A stretch of DNA of 60,958 bases, filler included. It is 12 parts of 12 records of this genome, joined end to end, with 100 filler letters (N's around TTAATTAATTAA, not from the genome) between each part and the next. Parts side by side here need not be neighbours in the genome. Positions count along the whole stretch, not along the records: positions 46,835 to 54,774 come from SRR15195285_6417; positions 54,875 to 60,958 come from SRR15195285_6418; 10 more parts are not named here. The stretch is one strand, 5' to 3'. Positions within the stretch are counted from its first letter, which is position 1. Each line of letters opens with the position of its first letter. The position numbers and the translations under genes are program-made. The notes beneath the pieces were generated by a model. The model saw only the letters and a program-made list of their open reading frames with translations, searched no databases and was not told where the DNA came from. Positions 48,323-60,958 of the stretch are shown in pieces.

Positions 48323-51300
48323 TTAGCGCGGGATGTCGTGGTACAGGGTAGCATGTTCTTCCCCGTCGATCTCCACTTGGACGCAGGTCGCAACGTCGTC
48401 GGCGTCGTAGCTGCACACGCAGCGGTAACCTTCGCGTTCGGCATTCGCAGGATCGGCCGCATCTTGTTCGGTGCATGTGCCTGTCGCGCGCACCGTGCCA
48501 TGCGATGTGTAGCCCGGTTGTTCGACGAACTCGCTAGAGGAGGGCACGTCGACGCATTCGGTGCGGAACATGTCGTCCTGGGTGCACTCGCGCTCCTCCA
48601 GGTCGTCGATGTGGACGAGAGGACCGTTGGCGGTGCGCAGTTGATTGAGCTTAAAGTCGTTGCGCTGCTTGATCTCAACCCACTCGTCGTGCCTGACGGC
48701 CATGTTCTGGAAGTGCTCCAAGCGCTTCGCGTCGAGCTCGTTCTGCATCTGGCGCTGGTTCTCATGGAGCGAGCGGACAGTCTCCAGGTACGCCTCGGTG
48801 TTTGCCGTCTTCAGGCGGCGGCTCTCCTCGCGCATCTGCTGGATGGTGGTGGTGATACGGTCGCGCTTGCGGTGCAGCGCGTCGGCGGCTTTGGCCTGGT
48901 CCTCCGCAAGAGTCGCCATTTCGGCTTCGTTGCTCTTGATGAAGGTGTTGAGCTTGTCAACAACTGCGGCGTGTGCGTCTTGGATCTTGCTGTCGGAGAT
49001 GGCAAGGAAGTTAGCGTTCGCCTCGAGCTTCAGCTTGCTGATGTAGGCATCTTCGTTGCGCTCCTGCTCCATCATCGCTGTGTTGTACTCAACGAAACCG
49101 GCGCCTGGCTCGAACGAAGCATCAGTGACGTCCTCTCCCTGCGTCTCGCACGACCGTCCGTACCAACCGTCGTGGCAGACGCAGTATCCGTGATGGCAGA
49201 CACCGTGGCCGCTGCAGCCGTTGGCGCACCCGCCTGCGAACTGGACAGCAAAGTCCACCATGTCCGTTCCAAGCGGGATGTTGTCTGCGCTCAGCAGAAG
49301 CAGCTCGACGGTGTGAAGCACTCCGGCCTCCATGCCGTACACCTCGATGGCGCCAGTGTGGTCGCCCGCAGCAGTGTAGTAGAGGACGTTGGCTCCCTTG
49401 GCAGGGTAAGCCAGGCCGTCAACGTAGACGTGAACCTTCGAGTTGCTGGGGACGTCACTGATCGTGAACGGCACGATCACCTCGCGGTCGCCCGGGAGTG
49501 CGACTGTGCGGTCATCGCCAGAACAAGTGCCGCTGTCGGATGAGTACACACAGTACACGCTGGCGCTTGTGCACAGGGCCTCCTTCTCTGCGTCATCGGT
49601 CGCACCCCCAGTGGCGGTGTTGCACACGTTGTGGTCCGCAGAGATGGCAAGTTTCGGCTGGCCAGAGGATACCGAGAAGGCTTCGATCGAGCAGTCGTCT
49701 CCGAGGAACCCGTTGTCGCAGTAGCACGTGTTCTCCGCGGGGTCGGTGGAGGTGCCGATGCAGGAGCCGTGACCTGAGCACACCTCGAGGTCTCCCCCCA
49801 AGCGTGTTCCGGACTCACCCGGGCACACAGGGTAGGTGGTGTCTGTGTCGACGGTCAGCTGGTCGAGGTGCATCTCGAGGATTTGCGGCGTGATGGTGAT
49901 ATCTGCAGGTGCGTCGCCAGCGTTGAAGACGGAGATGTACACGAGCTTGTCTGAGAAAGTAAAGTGAGGGATCACCAGGTTTCCGGTCGTGGAATCTGTG
50001 TCAGAGCCACGCTCGAGCGAGGGGTACGGTTCGCGGCTGGAACCGTAGACGATGAGGTTGGATCCGCCGGTCACGTCAACTGTCACATCAACGTCGAGGT
50101 CCCATTCGTCTTGCTGCTGCTCGACCCAGGTCTGCGTGAGCTGCTCAGTCCAGTCAATGCCCCACGTGTCTGGGTCTGTGCCCAGATCACCGGTGCGGGA
50201 GCCAGCACCCGACCGCTCGGTAACGTACATTGCCTCATCAGCTGGGCCGACGTAGAGTTCGAAGAACATGTACGATTCCGGCGCGATGGTCGCGGTGGTG
50301 GCCGTGTCGTCCTGGAGCATCGAACCATGCACGATGCCAGTCACGCCGGCGTGACCAGGCTGGTGCTCGTGGAACAAGTACTCGGAAACACTGATTTCGT
50401 ACGATGAGTCTGGTGCGGTGCCGAGCACGCCGAGGAACACGTACTTGCCCGCTGGGTTGACATCAGAGTACGGAATGGTGATGTGGTATGTCCTGCCCAC
50501 ACCGAACTGGTTGTACGCAGTGCCATCGGCCAGGGCTTCCGTCATGCTGCCATCGGCCTGCTCCTCAAAGCACATGGTTGGACAGGCGTCGACCCCGGGA
50601 GCTGCGTGCACGTCACCGAACAGGTTGTCATGGCCCTGGGCGTCCTGCGTCGGTAGCTTGTACTTGCTTGTGTACAGCTCGATCTGCCCGTAGTGGAGGG
50701 TGAGCTCCACCGACAGGCCGTATGCTGCGGAGCTGAGTTCGACCTCGTAGTAGTTGAAGTTGTCAATCGAAACCACTGAGTACCGGCGGTCCTCGGCGTC
50801 TGCTTGGCTGACGAGGTGACCAGTGTCCGATAAGGCCACGGTCGGCTCCAAGAGGTTTGATTCGACCCGGTAGCGGTAGATCTTGGCCTCAATGGTGTAC
50901 TCGTTGTTGACCTGCTCGGCGCCGACAGCATACGCATGTGCTCCCTGCACGGACGCGAAGAGCATGCGTTCCTTGCTGCTGCCGGTGCTGCAATCGACGG
51001 GATTTCCGCCGACGGAGACACAGGTCTCGACCGTCTCTTCTGGACGGATAGTGTGCATGAGGCTGAGCTCGCCGACGTACGACGTGACCGTGGAGTCCGG
51101 GTAGATGGTGGCACAGTACTTCACGTCTGACCCGGTCTTAGAGATCACGACCGACCGACCGAGGATGCTCTGCGCCGTTGCGTCTCCGTCTGAGGCGGAT
51201 GCGACGGCCTCGCCGAACAGCGTCAGGGTGTCGCTCGTGTCGCCCGTAGTAATGGTGGCCGAGTTGGCGAAAATCGTGTCGGGGGAGGTGTGGGTCGTCC

Positions 51301-54300
51301 CGCCCAGCAGGTCGGGCAGGTCGTCGGAGAACAAGGAGCCGGTGCTGGCGCAGCCAGCACCAGTGCCGTCCGAGGAGCCGCCTACAGCGGCAGCGTTGAT
51401 GGCCCACGTGAAGTCTCCGTTGAGCCCCTTAAGGCTGACGCTGACGGTCACTTCGTTTGAGTAAGTGCATGCACCCTCCTCGTTACTCCCCTCCACCCGT
51501 GCATCGGGGCAGCTGGCTTTGCTTGTGTCAGCAGCAGCAGCGAAGGCGGCCGCACACGAGCCGTCTCCGCCCGTGCAAGTTGGTGCAGACTGAGTAAACG
51601 TTACCATACCGTACACGCCACCATTTCCGTCAAAGGAGGCAGTGGCGTACTCAGCGACACGCTCACCACCGTACGCGACGGCCGTGCAGTCGCTTCCGGT
51701 GCAGGATGCCAAGAGCTGGTCGCCGCCGCCGCTCTGGCTCTGTGCGCAGACCGCGCCGTTGTGGGCAGTCCAGAACCCTTCGTAAGAATCGGTCTTTCGC
51801 AGGCTGGACGGGAATCGCTCGATCTTGGATGTGAACACGTCAACGCATCCAAGCTGGCAGTTGACCTTGATCTCAACATCCACGTCGTTGGATGCCTTGG
51901 CGAAATAGTACTCGAAGAAGTCGTAGTACGGGGTTTTGATTTCGAACGCCTGCGGCTCGATGTTCTGAAGCTGGGTGCGGCGCAAGTCCTGCGAGCCAGC
52001 GACGGTGCTGCCGTCGGCGTAGCGCTCACCACGACCACGGGTGAACTCGCGGGTCGATGCGATGATGGCAAAGCGCGAGAAAGCGGCCTTGCCTTGTACG
52101 GCAGCGTAAAGACTCGTGGAGCCTTCCAGGTCGCTGTACGGGATCTCTACCAGAGCCCATGTCTGAATGCCTGTGTCGGCGCTGAAGTATGTGGAGTCCA
52201 TAGCTGCGTCTGGGACCTGCTCAGTGGACAAGTACAGATCAACCTCGCCTTCGTCGACACGCAAAATCACCTGTGCACTGTGGGTGTTCTCGTAGTAGAA
52301 CGTCTGGTAGAACTGGAACTCGCCGTCGATCACCGTCATGTCGGAACCGTCCCAGGATTCGTGGTCGCACATAGCCGGTATGTGGTAGGTGGCCTGGTCC
52401 CAGTACGCCGGGTCCCACGGGTCGGTACAGCCGCAGTACTGGACCTCGAATGACGTCTCCAGGGCAGTCTGGCCCCGAGTGTTGTAGCCGACTACGGCCA
52501 CCGTGAAAATAGGGGCCTCACCCGCGCTGTAAGTGCACCCAGTTGGGCACGTAGTCGAATCGCCGTGTGTAAAGCCTGTTTCGCAGTCCACCACTGCTGT
52601 GTCCGGATTAGTGTCCTCGACGCAGGAGTCCTCCGGGGTGGTGTATGCCGGAGAGTTTGAGCTGATTGATGGTAGCACAAACTCCATGACCGAGCAGTCC
52701 GTGGTCTTGCAGCGATCCGTAGCCCCTGCGCCAGCTTCGGCGATCACGCTGCCAAAGCTACGCGTGTCATGTGCGTTGACCTGGATGCCGTCCGGAAGCT
52801 GCCACTTGTAGAAAACGTTGGTGCCGCTGCTGGTTGCCACGAACCGTGTCGCTGAGCCGTCGGCGTAGATGCATGGCGGGGAGGTGTGCATCTTCAGGTC
52901 GGATACCTCAGCCTCGAGGGTCAAGAAGTACTCGGACTCCTGGGAGACCGGCGAGTCGCCAACTGAGTTCTGGAAGAGGATCGCGAACTTGTAGTAGGTG
53001 TCCTGCGACAGATGTTCCACAGTGAAGCTGCCAGCGTTGAGGTTCGCGAGGGATGATCCCTGGCCGTCCGTGACATCGATCTCGAGCCACTCGCCGCCGT
53101 CGACTCCCGACGGTAGCACTGTGTCGAGGGGACTCGAGAAGTAAGCGGTGCCGGTGCTGTCGTCGGTGAGGCTACCGCGCCGAGCCGGCTCCCAGCTGCC
53201 CCCTTGTGCTGCCGTGGTGCCAAGCACGCTGTAGCTGGATGCGAACAGCCGGAAGCCCGTTAGAGCAACCCCGCTGTCGTACGGGCAGGCAGTGGTGAGG
53301 GTGGCCTCATTCGGGAAATCGTTGGTCAAGCTTGTGTACGCCGCACTCGGCTGGGGCTCGGTGTCCTCTGCGCCGGGGCAGTATCCGCTGTCGATGTTCC
53401 AGGTGAGCGTGATTTGGGCCTCTGTGTGGCCGTTAGCCGTCTGCTCGCCGATCGAAGTGGCCATAGGCGGGTGCGGCTGCAGTGGAACGCCCAGGGTGGT
53501 GCCCGAAACTTCGGCCGAGGCTGCTGACTCGCCAGCAGAGTTGGTGGCTTGGACCTTGAAGTCGTATGTGGAGCTCGGATCGAGATCCGTCACCATGAAT
53601 GTGAGGTCGTAGCCGGTAGCACCGGAGGAGTCCAAGAGTCCATTGGTCCCGTCAGTCATCGGGTACATCGCCAGGCCTGTGGTGGGGTCCTTGAGCTCGG
53701 TGTAAGACCCACTGTCGCCACAGGACTCGGAGTTGGTGTGCTTGCACATCAGGATGCGGTAAGCGGTGACCGGAGAGCCAGCGCCGACGGTTTGGCATGT
53801 CTTTGCGGCGTCCGAGGTAGCGCAGTCACGGTCGTCCGAAGCGTCGCCTTCGACGCCAGAGCGCGGGGCTGTCTCATATGGAGAGGTGGACAGCGCGACA
53901 GTGCACTTCTGAGACGCGAGGTAGGTGGCCGCGTCTGGGCGCACGCCATTGCTGAGGTCGCTGGGTGCGCAGTCGTTGGTTCCGGTGGTGTCCGGGGTGT
54001 CGAATCCGATGGTAAGGGCAGTAGCGTCACTTTCCACGATCACTGGGGCAGCGGGGGTGTTGGGTACCGCGTGCGTGAGCAGGCCGTAACTCGCGGCCGA
54101 CCACTCGCCGAAACCGTCGTGGTTGCGGGCGCGGATGCGGAAGTAGTACACGGTAGCACCCTGCAGGCCCGGTAGCTCCTGCGTCGTGGTTGCGTCCTGT
54201 GCCACAGCGTTCAGGTAGCAGCCTTCACCGCTCACCAGACGTCCTACGGTGGCCCCGGAGCCCTCGCCTGCCGGGCATGCGTTCAAGCCGTCGAAGTCAA

Positions 54301-54576
54301 TGTCGGCGACCGTCGTGGCCACCGGAGCGGTGTCAATCACGCCGTCGCTGTCAGTGTCGGCGGCAGTGGACGAGCTGGAGGTGTAAGTGGCGGTGGTTGT
54401 GACCTGGATTTCATAGCCAAGGATCGGCCACTCCCAGTCGCCCCGGCCTGGCTCGAGCCAGTTGATGGTCGTTTCGCGGTGGCTGACTCCGGTGAAGTAG
54501 ATCGAACCGGCGTCCACCTGCTCCGGAACGGACGTACGCACCACGTACTCGTTGACCGGGCCGACCACGATGGTGG
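48323..54576 (-). CDS. Giant extracellular-type protein (>2080 aa, 5' exons missing): FN3 repeats, PKD-like, GCTD motif, PPC-like repeats, Cu/Zn-SOD-like fold, EGF, coiled coil
   Basis: FN3 YYFRIRARN/YDFKVQATN; PKD-like GTNVFYKW; PPC-like GEVDLYLS/GQIELYTS; EGF CSGHGSC/CSGHGVC; splice acceptor TTGCAG ending at 54577; strong C/G third-position bias. Confidence 0.85.
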
Positions 54577-54774
54577 CTGCAAGCAAGCACGAAACAGGGT
54601 GAGCGACAGGCACTCACGCACGCACGCACGCACACACACATACGCCGTCTTCGTTTTTCTGCTACTTGGGGTTTCATTCCCGCGAGCAGCTGTAAACCCA
54701 TAAGCCTTCCCACGCACACACCCAGAGAGAAAGAGCGCGCGCGCGAGAGAGAGAGAGAGAAAGAGAGAGAGAGA

Positions 54775-54874
54775 NNNNNNNNNNNNNNNNNNNNNNNNNN
54801 NNNNNNNNNNNNNNNNNNTTAATTAATTAANNNNNNNNNNNNNNNNNNNNNNNNNNNNNNNNNNNNNNNNNNNN
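54775..54874. other. Artificial contig spacer, flanked by (GA)n and G26 tracts
   Basis: 44N-TTAATTAATTAA-44N. Confidence 0.98.
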
Positions 54875-54967
54875 GGGGGGGGGGGGGGGGGGGGGGGGGG
54901 CACCAGGGGGATTGCCCCTGTGCTGTTTTCTCGTGTGCGTATGGCTGACATCGTGGTATCGCTGCAG

Positions 54968-55525
54968 GAGGGCACGTGGGCGGACGAGGGCACCCACCAC
55001 GCGAAGAAGAAGCTCGATATCTGGGATCACATGGCGATGGCCGTCGGACCTCGCCCCGACACTGTGACGAGCGACAACATTCGCTCGTCGCGCGCAGATG
55101 CGGACGTGCGCCTCTTCAACCCGGGTTCGCCCGTGGACCTGGAGACGAATGAGCCCCGTGAAGCGATCGTGCCGCAGACCACCGGCTGCAACCTGACCCC
55201 GACCGACTGCTACGATGTACGCCACCGCCTGCGTGTGCCTGTCTCCGCCGCGCCGTGTCTGTAGAAGCGGTGTGTGCTGTTCGGCTCACCTTCGAGGGTC
55301 CGCCGCGCGCAGGATACGTTTGACATTAAGTACTTCCAGCGCGACACCCGGGTCGTGCAGACCCTGGCGCTGTCCCAACGCCAAACGCTGCTCGCCTCGG
55401 GCGAGGAGGGTGCGGCGAAAGCCGCCTCCCCAACCTCTGGGATGCCGCCGAGGCCCCCCAGCTTCGGTCTGAAGGGCGTATGGAACGGACGCACTGCCAC
55501 GAACGGCCCGATGGACGGGTCTTGA
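54968..55525 (+). CDS. Possible mitochondrial complex I subunit B14.5a (NDUFA7-like), 5'-truncated; intron 55217-55312
   Basis: Spliced product VRLFNPGS…EAIVPQTT…DDTFDIKYFQRDTR resembles the plant/algal B14.5a core (R-x-x-x-P…EAIVP…Y-x-I-x-Y-x-x-RD-x-R) as I recall it. Confidence 0.5.
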
Positions 55526-55740
55526 ATCGACAGCCGCCACGCAGCTGAGCTGCTCGTGGAAGTGGCCACGGTAGTGCAGGGTGGTGTGCGGGGGGTAGTT
55601 TCTGTGCGGTGGCCCGGTGGGAGATAATAAGAACCAGTCGTTTCAAAGACAGACAGACATAGCCTGTTCCATACACAGCCGCGTACGCGGATCCTTTCCG
55701 CTCGTGTTATTGTGATGTTTCACCCAGCCGCGGCAGTCCT

Positions 55741-58700
55741 CTAGCTCCACAGTCCACTTATCATGATGCACTCCACAACGCGGTCGTCGGCGTCATTAAT
55801 GAAGATGTAGATCTGACAAGGCGCAAAAGATAGCCCCAGCGAGCGACATCACGCGACATCATCGTTAACGCGGGTGAAAGGAAACGCAGGCAGCACGAGG
55901 AAGCGCCATAATCGAGGTGCTTGTTGCTTACCTGCTCGACAGTCCCCGGAGCCTGCATCTGGAATCGTAGGTACATGTGCCGTCCTTCTCCAGGCGGTAT
56001 CTCCAGCTTATCCTCCTTCACACACCAAGAAACACAATCCGTAAGCAAAGCGAAGAATGACGCACAACAGGACCGACCAGGACCACCCAGTCAGCCTGTG
56101 TTACCACAACGAAGTGACAGAAACTTGGCCGCTGTGAGGCTGTGCCCATGCGTGTCCGGCTACTGCAATGCGCACCTCGAAATTCAGCAGGTCGGGTCTA
56201 TCAGTCCGGAGCAGGAAGGTTCTGACGTCACGGTAGGGATTCGTGTACAGGATCCGCATCTTCTTCTCTTTTGCGGAGAACTGTGGTGAGCGTGTACGAG
56301 CAACAGGCAGTACTGGTCAGTAGACTTTGCAGTGAGCAGACTTGTAAAACAGAGTAGTACGCACGAGAGCGGCTTCATATGTCCGCGCGACGTTCGGGTT
56401 CGGGACAGCAGCGGTCACCAACAGCCGGCGCAGCAGGCGCTCCGCTGAAGGTACAGCTGGGTCCACAACGCTCACCAGCCAGGAGCTGTTGCCCGTGACC
56501 ATTGGCTGTAGTGCCACGTTGATCTCAGCGCGCTGATCCGGCTCCAGGCTCATGGTGCCACCCTCCTGCGACCAAGCGGCAGCGGCAGCGTTCGTTGAGC
56601 AGATCTCAAAAATTGATCCGGAAAAATGTTCTCGCACACGCACCGGCAGTATCTTGAGCACAGTAGGCTGCGAAGAGCAGCAGCGAAGTCCCTCTCGCTT
56701 TCTGTCTTCTTTCGGTCCTGACAATGTTAGGATCTTTGATGTCGACTGGCCCATTGTCGCACGCAGCTCGTGCATGTCTAATGAGTGCACGACGATTTGC
56801 CACACTCCTGCAGGAGAACTGCGCAGTCTGTCACGATAGAGCACTAGATAAAAGATGGATGCAGTCGGCGCCTTCCCTGGCTTGTACCGCAAGTGCACGT
56901 CTGGACCGGGGCGAGCACCACTGCTCCCTGATGACGTCTGTATCCCTGTCTTCGTAATTTCAACCACTGCGTTCGGCTCAGTACAGTGCACGTACCACGA
57001 GCTGCCTGGCATCTGTCCTGGTGCGCGCCAAGCAGGGCACATATGCGGCGCGACAGGAATTCGAACTGCCATCTGCTCCTCTTGTGCTGCATGGAAGTGC
57101 AGCCGAGCATCGACCACGAATGGCTGCGGCACGACATCCAGCTTAAGCACCGAGAGTACTTGCTCGGTTGTCTCGCCTTCGGCGTTTGCGATCGGTGGTC
57201 CCCGCACTGTCAGCGTGAACTGCCGTGGCTTGGCTGCTGAAGCGCTTACCGCGAAGCCAGGCACGCCTTCGGGCATAGCATCAACGACATCGCCTTCAAC
57301 CGGCTGCGGTACCCGTCCACTTTGCTCGGAGCGTAGAGTAAATGGGATGTAGACCGTCTCCCTTGCGCCGAGATAGACCTCGCGTCCACCTGCAGCCATG
57401 AAGTTGCGTTCCAATGGAGAGCTCAAACCGTGTTTCTTCTTGAAGTAAGCCCATTCATCCACATCGGTCACGATCGCTAGCTCCTCGTCATCAAACTCCA
57501 AGGTGACGTTCAGATTGGTCGAGTAGGGGTTCTGGAAGACGTACTCGAAGAAGCTCGCCTCGCCAAATCGAGTCTGCAACCGCAGGGTACGCGTGAGAGA
57601 TTCCTTGAGTGACTTTGCGATTCGCAGCTGCCGCGTGCGTTCTCGCTCGATATTCATCTCCTGCATGCGTTCGACGCGCTCAATATCAATCTCTTCGCCG
57701 GTCTCCTTGCCCGCGTCCTTGTTGCGTGCTGCACGAGCTGCAGTGAGCTTGTGCAGCCGCGTTATTTTGCGCTCTTCATCCGAAACGACCTTGCCAGGTT
57801 CCACGCCTTGGCCTTTGCCTCCTGCATCTGCTGACGACGCATCGCTGACGAACGGGCTAGCACGAGCGCGATACCGCATCCGCCCTTCTGCAGTGGCATT
57901 AGCAACCACCCCACTAACGAGGTGGCCGGTGGTGATGTTGTCATCCTCCCGCACGCGTTTACCCAGCTCGGCGGCGGCGTCCATCGCCATCCGTCCAATG
58001 TTTGCCACAGCCAGCTGTAGTGTCCCAGTAGTAACGCCCCCACCCCCACCTGGAAGCCGCTCCGAGCGCACGTCCAACTGCATGGTTGATTCGACAGACG
58101 CCTGCCCCTGCCGCAAGAGCCCGGCGAGCTGAGCCTTCAGTGAGCCGATCGGCAGCAGGGCGTCTGCATCCCACATTTCAATGTGCAAGGCGCCGGTGCA
58201 CAAGTATGACGCCAGTCGGCGCGATTCAGCCACAGCAGTCTCGCCTCGCAGTTGCCCGCCTTTGACCGTGAAGCTGACCTTGACTCCCTTAGCATTCGCC
58301 GCCTCTGCCTCATCGGGTGAAGCTGCTGCCACATTCGTCTTCACGAATATGTGGGTTGCGTCCCCAGACTCATCTTCGATAGGTTGCATCGCAACAGTCT
58401 CTGTGACAGCTGGTGGGAAATGGTAGAATTGCACGACAAAATACACGTTCTTTGCAGTCCAGTCAGAGGTTGGTGTGAAACCCATGCACTGGAAAACCAG
58501 CTCGTTGTCTTGGAGCGTGTCCGACTCCTCTAACGACAAGTCCACCGGCGCGCTGATACGGCCGGACTGTGCTGGGCCTCCGCCTGCGTGCTCAGTATCA
58601 ACGATCTCGGGGACACCGGCATTGTACAGCTCTGCGCGCGCTGTGCGCGACACGGGCTCTGCGGGAGAAACTTCAAATTCCCCTCCCCCGATCTCGGCGT

Positions 58701-60870
58701 CCACGATTTTCATCATCTGCGTGCGAAGCTCTTCGGCCGTATTTGGCTCGGTCATCTTTGCTATTTCTCGCGGGATGCCGGCTGCAGTCGCCTCTGCAAT
58801 CTTCAAAGATCGCTCTTGCTCCTGGTAGTCGTGGGCCAGCTGCTCCTTCGTAGCCTCAAGCTTCGACAGCTGTTGTAGCAGATCCTCTTCTGCTTCGGCC
58901 TTCGCGCGGATCTGGGCGCTCAGTCGCACCACCTCGACCTGGGCATCAGAAATGTCACCTCCTACCCATGGAGCTCCTGAGAGCGAGGTCGACCGCTCAG
59001 TCTTGGGCACTATGTTCTCCTTCGCCGGTTCAGCGGCTGGCTCTGGAGCGGCCTCGTCGGCAGCTGGCTTGGATGCAAGCTCCGCGAGCGAGGCATCGCC
59101 AGGAGGCTGCACTGGTTTAAGCGGTTGCGAAGCGGCCGACTTCGCGCGCTCCTCTTCGGCGGCAAGCTTCTTCTGTAGCTGTGCGATTTGCGTCTGCTGC
59201 TCAACTACCTTAGCTTTCATTGCGGCTGTCATGTCGTCCGTCGCGTCTTCCGTGCCAGCACTGGCGGATACTGGGGCAGCATTCGCCACTGCATTTTCTG
59301 CAGGCGGTGGCGGGACATCGCCCACGAGCGTGAATTGGACGTTGATATTGTTGTTCGTCACCTGCGATGAGAGAGGCGGAGAGGCATCGCTTCGCGGTAA
59401 GATTGAGAGCAACCAACAAGCGGAACCAGCAGCGAGGAAGCGCACCTCTTCTTCAACCTCCAGATCTCCCCAGCTGACAGCAAGGCATCCGTCCGGCGCA
59501 GGCCTCGGTCCACGACTCAGCGGCCCGACACACTCCGACGTAGAGGGCGGTGTCACACCGGCGTCGCATGGGCAGGTGGTGATCCATCCAATGAGCAGTG
59601 TGGTGGCAGCAGCACTAGCGCCGGCGCTGGGGGTGTCAAGAGTCATTTGCAGCGAAATGATGACAGCAATGCCGGCGTCCAGTGGTACGTCGGTCAGCTC
59701 GGCGGGCTCATCAGCGACCAGGCTGTACCCTCCCGCCAATCCCTCCTTTTTCGTGAGGGCCACGCTGACCCGCGGCGCGATGTAGCAGTGGCCGTTGTGC
59801 ACGCCAACCAGCGCACGGGCCTTCGTCACTCCCTTGCTGTTAGCCCACACGTCCGGAGGTGTGACCGCCTTCAGATACTTCATCATCGCAGCGTCGAAGT
59901 CTTGCTTGGAGATGTCCGTTGACGTGCGGACGTCGATCGAGTCTGGCACCCCCGGAATGGCGAAGGCCAGGTCAGAGAGCTTGATCGTGCAGGTCGGCTT
60001 GACCGTGGGGGCACTCAGCGAACCGCCCAAGCCGGGCAGCCCGTCGCTGATGCCCACGATCTCGTTTTCGCGCAAGAACTTCTGGAACTGCGCCATTGCT
60101 GTGAGCGTTCGCACACGCAACCGCAGGGTGCAGTCGGGCAGCGCGTGCTCAGCAGGAGGCTGGTCATCAAACAGCAGGTAGCGCGGCGTGCCGGCGAACA
60201 TCGGGACCTCCACCTCGGGCCCGAAGGTGTCCCTGAGCTTGCCGGCGCCGTGTGGCGGGAAGAGCGGGGCGACGCCCCAGCCGACGGAGACCTCACCGCG
60301 CACGATCTCCACGACGATTTGGCAGGACGGACCGACCACGGTCGTGTGCAGCGCTACAGTCTGCGCGATCTCCAGGTCGGCCTTGCGCTTCGGCTCGTCC
60401 AAATGCGGCCACGCGAGCGGTGCCGACTCCCAAGTGCGCCCGAAGATCGACTTCGTGCCGCGGTCGTACAGCGACACGCGTGCCGAGAACATCGGAGCTG
60501 CCGCCTCCTGACACAGCAGGCACACGCAGCAGTGAGCAGAAAGCTGCACTGCAGCGCAGTGCAGTGCACTGTCCCCTTGCTCAACAGCACAGCAGCAGCG
60601 GCGGCAGCAGGAGCAGTGCAGGAGCGGCGGCAGCAGCAGCGGCAGCAAGGGGCAGCAGCGACAAGAGTACCGGAGCTAGCGATAGCGAGAGAGAGTGCAG
60701 AACACAGAGCACAGAGCACAGAGACAGCTGCAGGCGCTCGCTCTCGTCGCTTACCCCGTCCTGCGCGGGCAGCATCCCCGCCACGCTGCAGACCTCCACC
60801 GCATACGGCATGCTCGCCGGCGCCACAATACTCCCCGCATCCTCTGGCAGCGCCAGCACCGTGCGCTCAC
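55741..60870 (-). CDS. NPHP4: Nephrocystin-4 (ciliary transition zone), multi-exon, probably 5'-truncated
   Basis: FGRTW; GTPRYL; VGVHNG; YFVVQFYHFPP; IEMWDADALLPIG; FFEYVFQNPY; PQPFVVD; last exon IYIFINDADD…stop 55741. Introns include 60508-60754, 59362-59445, 56566-56643. Confidence 0.88.
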
Positions 60871-60958
60871 CTGCTCCGAAACACACATTTGCTCAGCTGC
60901 GTCGCGTCGGACAGAGGGCGACACACACACAGAGAGAAAGAGAGAGCTAGAGGGACAG

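Noticed and set aside
48149-49543. 464-aa plus-strand ORF and similar long antisense ORFs (44909..45856, 34859..35758, 33386..34153)
   Set aside because: Shadows of codon-biased genes on the opposite strand.
54875-54900. G26 tract as a G-quadruplex element
   Set aside because: Contig-terminal homopolymer of unreliable length; may be a sequencing artefact.
1-60958. A ciliary or CAZyme gene cluster across the window
   Set aside because: The genes lie on separate concatenated contigs, so adjacency is artificial.

Overview
Eukaryotic, intron-containing, GC-rich DNA (roughly 60% GC by eye). It is not one locus: 12 short contigs (about 3-8 kb) are joined by 11 artificial 100-nt spacers (44 N + TTAATTAATTAA + 44 N, stops in all six frames), so nothing can be inferred across a spacer. 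Many contigs break at microsatellites. Introns are GT-AG, mostly 75-150 nt, and the standard genetic code fits. Ciliary genes (NPHP4, TOGARAM/crescerin-like) and several secreted, bacterial-like glycan-active proteins suggest a flagellated heterotrophic protist MAG/SAG (Picozoa is my low-confidence guess). Recognisable genes: DDX52/ROK1, CTC1, NCKX-type exchanger, voltage-gated Ca/Na channel 3' end, TOG-array protein, S10 carboxypeptidase, PP2C, PA14+GH63-like hydrolase, NDUFA7-like, NPHP4. Most notable: (1) two box C/D snoRNAs (U58-like and snR39B/SNORD2-like) inside the two long introns of DDX52; (2) an unnamed ~40-aa helical module shared by an ion channel tail and an unrelated coiled-coil protein; (3) unusual fusions (NCKX with a PH domain and Cys-rich ectodomain; CNBx4-SH3-FN3-PHx2; a >2000-aa FN3/PKD/PPC/EGF protein with a metal-ligand-free Cu/Zn-SOD fold and nested Cys modules); (4) palindrome-rich non-coding DNA. 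All family calls are from motif recognition by eye; no searches were run.
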